DNA of 64,000 nt from assembly GCA_002633005.1 (NCBI GenBank), contig NMRA01000009.1:579456-643455 (forward strand), written 5' to 3'. A model generated the notes under the pieces. The model searched no databases, was not told the DNA's origin, and worked only from the letters and a program-made list of their open reading frames with translations. The position numbers were made by a program, and so were the translations under genes. Source of the DNA: Phoronis australis (Eukaryota; Animalia; Phoronida). Shown in pieces: positions 54,001 to 64,000 of the stretch (position 1 is the first letter of the stretch; each line of letters starts with the position of its first letter).

Positions 54001-54929
54001 CAGCTCAGTACGAGAATGTAACCATAAATTTGATGTCTGCTGTGACCTCTGCAACACGCGAATCTTGCACGCGCGCACTTTAACAAGGTCACATCTTGAA
54101 ATAGTTGGAATCCAAGTAGAGGCTGTGTGGTCGTCTGCCTCTCTTGAGGGGAAAGTAACAAGACCGCAGGACGCCACGGGGCTATTACTCAGCAATTCTG
54201 TAAATTTAATAGTGAATAACTAATCTGAGGGCAAGAGAATCTTTGTTGGGATCATCCGCTGTTATGACATTTTTCCAGTCATGTGGCGACGTGACAATAA
54301 CGCTCTTTGAAAAGTGCTACGCGTTCCGAGTACGAGGTAAGATTAACCGCCCAGGGCGGTTGCCTGTCGTAATAAGCGCCCATGTTCGGTTAACCGCCCA
54401 CCCTGGATTTCTTGAAATTTCACGTTTAAGCGCCCATATCTGGTTAACCGCCCACCCCCGATTTTTTGGGTTTGCCAATTTAACCGCCCAGGGCGTTAAC
54501 CCGAACGTTTACGGTAATATGCAGTTAATCCTGACTCCACAGGAACTTAAAGATCTTAGAGACGCTATTTTGAAACTGAAGGAGGACTTCAGGTAATTTG
54601 TTGAGTCAAAACTATATTTTTACTCAAGGTTTCACGTTGACGTATTGGCAATCGTGAGGCAGTGACGCATCAGTCGGTGAGTTTTCGCATTGGGATTTTC
54701 TGAAAATGTTCGTAATTTAACAACAAAGTTTAATAGCAATGGACTGCAATTTTGTAGAAACTCTGTCATAGGTTACAGGTGCATTATAGAGCGTAAATTT
54801 GATAAATTCTAGCTTATGATTTCACCTGTTTCGGAGACCGGTTTTCAACCACTTTGTGTTATAGTAAGCGCCCCCCTTCCTGAAGCGAATTTTTCTAAGT
54901 GCTTTGGGCGCTTATTAGGGCGAATACGG
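51033..54929. mobile_element. Non-autonomous TA-flanked TIR transposon (Tc1/mariner-pogo type), outer element
   Basis: TA|CCGTATTCGCCCTAATAAGTGCCCA ... TGGGCGCTTATTAGGGCGAATACGG|TA (24/25 match), with subterminal taagcgccc repeats. No transposase ORF. Confidence 0.85.
52107..54514. mobile_element. Second TA-flanked TIR transposon nested in the first
   Basis: TA|CCGTAAACGTTCGGGTTAACGCCC ... GGGCGTTAACCCGAACGTTTACGG|TA (24/24), with several subterminal ttaa(c/g)cgccc repeats at each end. Confidence 0.88.
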
Positions 54930-55062
54930 TAACTATCTTCTAACATGACACCTGTGTCTCATAGCATCATGTTATTTGATTTACTGTAAAAACATTCTTA
55001 TGACACAATATGGCAGAAAAGCAAATTTTGTTTTGCCAAGTTTTTCAAATACGAATATTGTT

Positions 55063-55386
55063 ATGGTAAAAATTCCCTAGTGTTAGTAGTCTCTAAAATT
55101 TGGGACACCAAAATTGAAGCTGCATTGTCTTGATCCTGAAGATTGGGAGGAAGTTTGGCATTCATTATATTTCTCAAAGTTTGGACGCAGGTTGTTGTAT
55201 CAACAGTCAGAAAAATATTGGAAAATCGCTGCCGTCACCACATTTTGGTGTAGGCATAGTTTGAACATGCAGGGGGTTGATTGTGTCTTGTTCACCAATA
55301 TTACAGGTTTTAAAATTTGGTACAAGCTATGACCTTCAGATAAAATAATTTTTTTTACTGTCCCAAACTTTTAGAATTTTTACAGT
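55063..55386. mobile_element. TA-flanked MITE of the same family
   Basis: ggtaaaaattcc...ctaaaatttgggaca ... tgtcccaaacttttagaattttttacagta. Confidence 0.5.
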
Positions 55387-55450
55387 AAAAATTCTTACAT
55401 TGTTGATAGCGTTGTTTGTACTGCAAATAGCTGGTGGTGACTATGAATGT

Positions 55451-55655
55451 ACAATATTTGAACATGCGCACCATTGCTCTATGATGTTTTCACAATATTT
55501 GAACATGCGCACCATTGCTCTATGATGTTTTCACAATATTTGAACATGCGCACCATTGCTCTATGATGTTTGCACAATATTTGAAAATGCGCACCATTGC
55601 TCTATGATGTTTTCACAATATTTGAACATGCGCACCATTGCTCTATGATGTTTTC
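55451..55655. repeat. Minisatellite, 41-bp unit, 5 copies
   Basis: (acaatatttgaacatgcgcaccattgctctatgatgttttc)n. Confidence 0.95.
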
Positions 55656-56374
55656 AAAAATACGAGAAAGTTAATTTTAACAATTATTTTACGAAATTGA
55701 AGAATTTTTACTGTGTTTACTGACAACAAATTGGTGTCTTTGCCTAGCACGGGGTAACTACTTTTTCGTGTGACTGTGAACAAGCAATCGTAAGTAAAAT
55801 ATTGAGTTGACTCAAATGATCAAATCCATTTTTTTTTTTTTGAAAGTTCATGCATCATGATCGTGATCCCGCTGATGTTGAGCGCTAACGTTTGGTAATA
55901 GGTTAAATGTCAGACATCAAGTGTGGCAAACGGGCTTCACCATTTTTTATCACAAAACAACCCACAGAACACAGGAATGGTGAGAGACAACGATGAGTCA
56001 TGATGCTTGATGGACGGGTTGGCAGTTTTGGAAGAGATGCTGTCCATTGGAAGCAATCAAAAGACCCCAGGTTATGTAATGAAATTATAAGGATGTTTTT
56101 GCTGGCCTTACTGTCACTCTAAGTGTAGAGATGTATACAAAGAGCCAGTGTTATATATCTAACACACCTTCATATAGCCCACCAACAGGATAAGCTCATG
56201 GAAGCACATGGTACTTGATATGTTTTCACAAGCTGTACTGGAGTTATTACAACTGTACTTCCATATTCACATCTTATGTGCAATAAAAACATCTTGTCAA
56301 AATCTTGCCAGGGATGACATCAAACAAGATGTTGTCTTTCTTANGGTGGATGTTTGGGGTGGGATGTTTGGGGT

Positions 56375-56775
56375 GGGATGTTTGGGGTGGACTACCTGGT
56401 TTCTCAGGGTATTGATGGGTTTCATATAGGAGTTGATGTCGTATGACCTGTATACTCGGCGTAGGTGTTCTGAGAGCCCTTTCATGTAAGGAATAGAGAC
56501 AGGGGGTGATCTCCTCTCTTCTTGGTCACCAAGGGGATCCTCCCTAGGTCGACGTTGGGGGGGTTTAAGTGCCCACTTCTGGGACTGGTTGGCTTATGAG
56601 TGCTGATCTGATGTGTTTAATCTCGGCCTGTCTGTCTTCAGGTCTTGTAACATAGTTCGTGGCTCTGTTGAGAAGAGTGCGAACGACTGATTGCTTGTGT
56701 TGGATCGAGTGGTTGGAGGCAAAATTTAAATACTGGTCAGTGTGTGTAGGTTTCCAGTATATAGTGGTTCTCATG
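56375..56775 (-). mobile_element. Penelope-like retroelement fragment (RT thumb/linker), cut by the gap at 56344
   Basis: TTIYWKPTHTDQYLNFASNHSIQHKQSVVRTLLNRA...AEIKHIRSAL and, after a frameshift, IPYMKGLSEHLRRVYRSYDINSYMKPINTLRNQVVHPK. These are characteristic Penelope/Poseidon motifs. Confidence 0.88.
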
Positions 56776-59598
56776 AGTGGTTGTCGTTGTTGTGAACGCA
56801 TAGGTCCAAACCCCCCCAACGAGTACTGGTAAGTTGATTTCACTCACAACATAGGATCATCTTGTTAAAAAATTTTGAGATTTCTCTTTCAGTAAGGAAC
56901 AGAAGCTATTGGCATCAAAAATCACGGAAATGCTTTCATAAGGACAAACCATTTTCTCAAATAAAAAATATTTTCTTTGAGTTTTAGACTATAGTGAAAA
57001 ATTCAAAGGCAAAAGATTTGCCTTGAAAATGTCCACAGAACGTTTACAATTCAGCAGAATGCATACTGTTACATCCAGTAACTACAAAATAGTTCAAATG
57101 TTTTTTGTCAGCTTTGAAAGTTGCTGTGCCTACATAAAATTACTATCAATCTTTCTGTATTGGAAAGGAACTTTTCTTGGAATGGGCAATGCCTGCTAAT
57201 TTTTGTCGTCTGTTCTGGTCAGATTATAGCTTCACCATATTGTTTTGCCAGCCCTGGTAATAGTTGCTGCAGATGCAATCCAGGCTATAGGGCCAAAAAC
57301 ATGGTCAAACCCTAATTCTGAATGAGCTTCCCACAACCCCTGGTAAAAGGTTAAACTGTGGCGTGTGTCATTGATGCTATAACCTGATGACTAAAGGCAG
57401 GTTTAAAGCACAGTGTCTCCTTATGGGGTTTTGGGCTATTCCCAGCAGGGAGCAGGTCTTATGGTAGTCTTGTATCACTGACCAGTGATAGTTACCTTAT
57501 GAACTCACCAAGTGCTTTTTGGAGAATAGTTCCTAGAAAAAGTACTACCCGGTATTATCATTAAATATAGTTAAATAGAAGTCCTGGCTTTAAATTATAT
57601 GATGCACTTACACTGTTACAAAGCACATATCAAGATTTTGTGTTTTACTCTAATTCTGCAAAATTATATAATTTCTGGTGAATCTATTAATCCAATATAC
57701 ATAGCCACTTGTGCTGGTTGTTGAGCTGACTTTTTGCGATCCCACATGTACCATCAAACGACCGTTCTAAAGTATGAATTTCAGTTAATTAATTCTGACT
57801 TTGCACTTCAGTGCTCCGCACTTCTGCAAGTGTTATGTTGCCTATTGAACTTTGTTACACTTTCACAAATCAAGTGTGCCCCTTAGGACTGCTGCAGTGT
57901 TCATCATTGCTGTTCTGTATCCTTACTGTACAAACTGGACTGTATGTGATTACCAGGCAGTGTGCACTAACTGTCTAGATTAGTTGTATGTGCAGATGAC
58001 ATTTATGAGTTTACAGGATTTGTTACAAGTTGAGCAAGACAATGGATGTCACTGGTGAATTACTTTGCTTTGATGATGTCTTCAGATTATAATGTGCGGA
58101 ATGTAAATAAATAGGAGGTGCTTTGTATATTGTAGGAGTGCATGGAAGATCTAATGTTATGGCTTTGCACAGAAGTATTTAGGAGTTGTAATAGATACAG
58201 CAATCATCAACTTCAGCAACAGGGCAAAAGTAAACTCTAAAAAGAAGAAAAAAACACAATCTGCTCTATCTTTTGGCAGTATAATTAAAAATTTAGTTTG
58301 TGTTCAAAATAAAACTTAGTGAAAAACACTTAAAATTCTGTTAAGTTATTTTGTGTATTTAGAGTTTTTAGTTCATTTTAGCTGTGAAAGAAGTTTCTCT
58401 TGCTTTTCGTTGATTACCGTTAGATTAAAACTATATCATATGACTGTAAGGACTGTTAAACTGAACACGAAAATTGTGATGAAAAAGAATGTAAGTTAAA
58501 TATGGTATGACTAAAAATGAAGCTATGATTAGGATTTCATAATTCTGAGCATTAGACAATATGTATTATTTATTTTTCATTAATTTAGTTTGTAATGTTA
58601 ATTGGCATGAATGCTAGAAGGCATGTGATTTATGTTAATGGACTGTGGAAAAATGTTATGAAATTAGACTTCATTCATGGGTCAGTAGAGTTTTTAGTCA
58701 TTGATCTATTATGCAATCACGGTTGAAAGAAGTCTTTTTAAACAAAACCATTGTGCATTTTACCAGATGTTTTCTGGCTACTGTGAAGACTGGAGAACTG
58801 AAATGGCTTCTCTTTAACACATGTTGCCGACTGTCACATGTTTTGAGAAATTTGTGAATTGGCAGAAGTCTAAAAAGATCAAGTTGCCTGGTTTTATTAG
58901 TGGCACATGCAATGTAGATCACATGGCTGTGTATTCTGTTACTGATTGGTCACATTTTGGGTTTGATGCAAATGAGCGGTTGCCTTAGCATGAATCTAGT
59001 CTAAATATACTTCAACATACTGGAAGGTTGAATGTCTTAGTTTTGGAAAATGTACAGCTGTTTTGTAAAACTACTTAATTTGTTCCCTTGCTTTTCATAA
59101 TTTTATGTCATTATTCATTGTAATGGAGTGAACTTGGTGTATGTGTCGTTCAGATGAAATGTTTTGATAATGACATTAACATGTAAGCAGCAATTGTCAA
59201 CTAACAATAACAGTAGTTGAAATAATAATGAATAAAATAACATTTCATATCAAACAATTTGCTTACATGACCATTTCACATTGTTCTACACCAATATCCT
59301 GAAACAGATACTGACTTTGAATTGATGATTTACTTCACAAATCTTCCTTTTGTTTTCATTTCAGTTGTCAGTGCTGTTCAAAGGTTGCATAATCAACCTT
59401 CCCTGTGGTGATGTTAACTGTCAACTGATACCCAGTGTTTCACTCTGCTGAATGTGTTTCATGTCACTGTGATAGCAATCTATTTTCATAACAACAACAT
59501 CCAACTGGGCTTCTCTGGACAGAGCACCCTATGCAAACTCTGTAAAATAAATAGAATTAGTAATTCATGCCATTACATAATCACTGTTATTATTTCAG

Positions 59599-59663
59599 TG
59601 GGTCATGCCAAGAACCAAGCCATCCAACAGAGCAGTGGCCACTTTCTTTGTTTTTTGGATGCA
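59599..59663 (+). CDS. B3GNTL1: B3GNTL1/QTGAL-like exon (probably exon 4)
   Basis: tttcag|..|gtatgt. (V)GHAKNQAIQQSSGHFLCFLDA, the G.AKNQA..QSSG..LCFLD motif leading into the DxD. Confidence 0.92.
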
Positions 59664-59754
59664 GTATGTATGTCTCTTTAATATCCCCTTATAGTATACG
59701 CCCAAAATTCGTAATTCCCTGTCATGATGGCTGAGTACAAGCGTAATGTAGCAG

Positions 59755-60410
59755 CATGGCAGCTATGTGCAGCGAGTTATGTACTGTCATGGCAGCTATG
59801 TGCAGTGAGTAATGTACTGTCATGGCAGCTATGTGCAGCGAGTTATGTACTGTCATGGCAGCTATGTGCAGCGAGTTATGTACTGTCATGGCAGCTATGT
59901 GCAGCGAGTTATGTACTGTCATGGCAGCTATGTGCAGCGAGTTATGTACTGTCATGGCAGCTATGTGCAGCGAGTTATGTACTGTCATGGCAGCTATGTG
60001 CAGCGAGTTATGTACTGTCATGGCAGCTATGTGCAGCGAGTTATGTACTGTCATGGCAGCTATGTGCAGCGAGTTATGTACTGTCATGGCAGCTATGTGC
60101 AGCGAGTTATGTACTGTCATGGCAGCTATGTGCAGCGAGTTATGTACTGTCATGGCAGCTATGTGCAGCGAGTTATGTACTGTCATGGCAGCTATGTGCA
60201 GCGAGTTATGTACTGTCATGGCAGCTATGTGCAGCGAGTTATGTACTGTCATGGCAGCTATGTGCAGCGAGTTATGTACTGTCATGGCAGCTATGTGCAG
60301 CGAGTTATGTACTGTCATGGCAGCTATGTGCAGCGAGTTATGTACTGTCATGGCAGCTATGTGCAGCGAGTTATGTACTGTCATGGCAGCTATGTGCAGC
60401 GAGTTATGTA
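59755..60410. repeat. Homogeneous minisatellite, 33-bp unit, ~20 copies, ending at an assembly gap
   Basis: (catggcagctatgtgcagcgagttatgtactgt)n, with N at 60411. Confidence 0.97.
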
Positions 60411-61024
60411 NTCTGTTCACTTTGAGCTTGTAGTGTATACATGGTACTATATCGGTAAAGCAATGACTTCTGAGAAAAATTACATTTTAGATGGACTGTA
60501 TTCTTTCATTTTTATGCACCAACTTATGTAGTGGCAATTTTGTTTTACTTTGTGTTTGCCTTGATATCTACCAAGTTCCATGATGGATGTTCATGACATT
60601 TGGTATATAATTAACTATGGTGTAGTCAATAGCACTGGACCTGTTACAAATGGATTTGACATGTTGCGCCTTCTAGTGCCCTTTCTATTGTTTTTGTGTC
60701 CTTTGTTGTCAGCCTCCTTATCTTCCAAAGCTCTTGAATAATCACGATGGAAGATGATGTGGTTGTTCCCATTGAGTAGTGCATTTGTGGCTTGCTTTGC
60801 ACCCCCTATAGACTATTAATTTAATTTACTGGCTCCTTTAGTGAGAGTGTTAAAAATAATGATCATGTCATGTGTTTGCGCTGTATGCAATGTTATGTTT
60901 ATATTAATGCTCCATGTTGCTCTTGGCTTGTTAATATATTGAAAGTTTTGTAATAATTTTTGTTAGAGTCTTCTATAAAAACTGGAGTCTTGTTGTCAAA
61001 TTTGCAAATGCTTATCATTTTCAG

Positions 61025-61090
61025 GATGATGTTATGGATGAAAAAAGAATTGAGTTAGAGTACCGTGCTAGTCAGCTGTATCCAAATGCT
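61025..61090 (+). CDS. B3GNTL1: B3GNTL1/QTGAL-like exon
   Basis: ttttcag|..|gtgagt. DDVMDEKRIELEYRASQLYPNA completes FLDADDVM. 66 nt. Confidence 0.9.
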
Positions 61091-63480
61091 GTGAGTATTG
61101 GACTGTAAAAATAGTTATACCATTGACATGCATTTAATAACTGATTTTGGCCATACATTTTTTTCTTAAAGGCTTATCTGAATTATGATTCCCATTTGTT
61201 GTTGCTATTGAAGAAATCTTACTAAAAACAAATTTGATAATCAAAGTAGTTCAATCAAGAATACTTGAATGGAATGTGGTCATTTCCTGTAAATTGTTTG
61301 CCCAGACACTCTCATTTTGAATGAGGAAAGGTAAACAGGCGTGGGGAACAGTACTTTTCATTTCACATGCTCTAACTTACCCGCTGTAAGCCGTTGACTA
61401 CATCTGCACTTGATGGTTAAAGCTTCACAGTTCATTTGTAGTCAACTTTTGTGTCTAGACATAGAGTTTTTCATTAAATGCCACCTTAATTAGTGTCCCT
61501 CATCACATGCATATTGTTATGTAATCCACTCCAAGGTCCTGCCCCCTGGTGGGATGATTGGCCTTGTTGTATGTCTTATCTTCAATCATGGATATATGCT
61601 CCATTTATTACTGCATAACTCATACCCATGTCACTACTGTTCTTTGGCCCCTGGTCTGTGCATTAAACATTTCTTGTGTAGATATTTAAGGTTGTACAGT
61701 TTTATGCAGAATATTATTACTATTGTTGCAATTTTGAGATAACTAGGTCAAGTTAGAAACCAGGTAACCACCCCGGTATGGGCACCAGATTGTGAAATGT
61801 ACTGTTGTAAACCATTTACATACTTGCATGTATTTGTTAGTAGAGAGCAGTCCCTTTATTATACCTATGTTTGTATGTGTTTTTGAAGTTGTTTTCAGAT
61901 GATTTGATCTGTATGTGTTCACGGAGAGTTTTTTCAAAAAGATAAACCATATATCTGTTTTGAAGTTCGTATCTAACTTTTGAATTGTAATGAGTTAGTG
62001 ATGTGTTGCTATAAAGTGAGAATTCTAGACAAGGAGTAAGATTTTTATGATAATTTAACTTTTGGGCGCCTACAGCACACCCTTATTTTACACTCAAAGT
62101 TCATTTATTCTCTGTGTCGGATTACACACTTAAAACACATGACCATTTTTTAGTTCTCACCTTTTTGCCCACATCAATCACTTGATTACCACACTGTTCT
62201 CCCATAATGCCAAGTGGCCCCATCGTTAGCCAATAGCACCTGTTGTTAGAGGCATGATATATTCTGTCACTGTCTGTCAAACTCAGCATTTTGCTGGAAC
62301 ACGAGTGTGCTTCTGACACACGAGCAGACGGTGTTTGCACCTTGTTCCCAGGCAATGATGGCAATTATCAGTTGTTTCTTTAAACGTGTTTGCAACAACA
62401 TCGCTAATTGATTTCTAATAGTCATTTTGTATTTGGTCCTTTTGCTAGACTAGTTTTCTTGTGAGTTAAACAAAACCTGCACTCATGTTTATGTAACTGC
62501 AAATGTAAAATAACTTTGATATTTATATTTTCACCAGTCTATGGTTTAAATATAACCACTTAGTTTTTCCTGTGTTATTACATTTCACATCTTGGTTTTG
62601 GTCACCAGTCATCTTGACATCCTCTTTATTTTTATCTACATGCTACACTGATAATTAAGTCAGAATTGCAAAATTCAAATGGGAATGAATTAAATTAAAT
62701 TTGCTGTGCCAGTTATCTTGCCACTGAAGCAATCAATGAACCCTGGTGAGAATTGCCAACTTATAAAATGCATCATGTTTTTATAGATAGTGTTGTATGT
62801 GGTGTTAAGTGTTTCAGCTGTATAATGGAGTACTCTTTTTGCTTATGCATTTTTGTTAATGTTTGCAGAAAAGTTATGATTTTTATTTATTTTGTACTTC
62901 TTTTGTATTGTGTTATTACCACTGTGTTCAGAGCCCCATGGAGAACAATCAACTGACTGATTACATCACCCTCGCTTAACACACTGATGTGAATAAATGA
63001 ATTTTGTTTTACATTTGTGTACTGCCATGATGTAATTATTTGAAAATTCGTATCAGGTAATAAATAAAAAATCACATCTTAAGGGTTTTGTGGTATACTG
63101 TAATCTTTGACATTTGACCTTTATGTTGTTAATTGCTCATGTTTAGTGCAAACTCATAACAATTTCCCAGCTTGTACACCTGTTTACCATCATTACTGTC
63201 AGCTAGGGATTAGACTGACTTATCTCTGATTATCTACCAATGATATCAACCTGGCGCCCATTAATAACCCCATCACTCTGTGAACTGCCACCAGATCAGT
63301 CCACAGTCTACTTTAAATGGATTAGATTATGCCATTTCTCTAACATTTTTCTGAGAAAATTATTTTGAAACTTTCATCCAACATTTTTTGTTAAAAAGTA
63401 CTACTGTATTTGCATAGTGGGTGATATTTGAATTGGGAACTTAAAAAATAGGAGTGATTGTTTAGCTGATAACCTTTATG

Positions 63481-63735
63481 TTTACCTGAATGTGGGTGTT
63501 GACCTGAATGAGGATGTTGACCTGAATGCGGGTGTTTACCTGAATGAGGGTTTTACCCTGAATGGGTGTAACCTGAATGTGGGTGTTGACCCGACCGAGG
63601 TTGTTAACCTGAATGTGGGTGTTGTCTTGGATGTGGCTATTGACTTGAATGTGGATGTTAACCTGAATGTCCGTGTTAACCTAGTACTGGATGTTAACCT
63701 GAATGTCGGTGTTAACCTAGTACTGGATGTTAACT
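63481..63735. repeat. Degenerate minisatellite, 18-bp unit
   Basis: gtt[g/a]acctgaatgtgggt variants. Confidence 0.85.
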
Positions 63736-63896
63736 CAAGCATGATGTGTTTGAGTTGTTTTCCTGATTAAATACGGAACGGAACGTTGTGAAATTGAGAG
63801 CAAACTGTTGTGTCAGAAATAAGATTTATCTTTAACATTGTGTCGACAGTCGACTCTGTATGACTGTCTACTGGCAACATGTTTTGGGTTTTTTAG

Positions 63897-63992
63897 ATTG
63901 TTGGCTGTGGTTTTATTCGCCAACCTGTGAATTCAACTGAGCGTTACACCAAATGGGCCAACAGTCTTTCTCAAGAGCAACTTTATACTCAA
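63897..63992 (+). CDS. B3GNTL1: B3GNTL1/QTGAL-like exon; gene continues beyond the window
   Basis: ttttag|..|gtaagt. [32 protein letters not shown], containing the STERYT.W.N.L..EQL.TQ motif. Confidence 0.93.
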
Positions 63993-64000
63993 GTAAGTCA

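Noticed and set aside
54243-54596. 117-aa ORF as a possible transposase
   Set aside because: It spans the TIR and subterminal repeats of the nested element and has no DDE or HTH motifs.
59722-60531. Four overlapping 200-240 aa ORFs on both strands
   Set aside because: Artefact of a stop-free 33-bp (3n) minisatellite in a B3GNTL1 intron, ending in an assembly gap.

Overview
This is AT-rich, intron-rich metazoan genomic DNA, probably from an invertebrate bilaterian such as a mollusc (inferred from its repeat content). It is not prokaryotic. I reconstructed three spliced genes by hand from GT-AG boundaries, exon phases and recognisable protein motifs. (1) The last six coding exons of a diacylglycerol kinase epsilon (DGKE-like) gene lie on + (3058..20145). 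(2) A complete four-exon Meteorin/METRNL-family secreted protein gene lies on - (46607..24586; 294 aa, signal peptide, 10 Cys in the mature chain). (3) The 5' part of a B3GNTL1/QTGAL (queuosine-tRNA galactosyltransferase-like GT2) gene lies on + (47431..63992 and runs off the window; one expected exon was not found). The METRNL-like and B3GNTL1-like genes are head-to-head with starts only ~0.8 kb apart, the same orientation as human 17q25.3, which suggests an ancient conserved gene pair. The introns hold a TTAA-flanked Kolobok-like element with a decayed THAP domain and two nested TA-flanked TIR elements. They also hold two Penelope-like fragments (one with inverted pLTRs, each carrying a minimal hammerhead ribozyme motif), two tRNA-SINE copies, several MITEs and many minisatellites. 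Single-N gaps occur at 38716, 56344 and 60411. Nearly all entries in the ORF track are spurious. I found no CRISPR array and no clearly new system; all identifications come from motif recognition without database searches.
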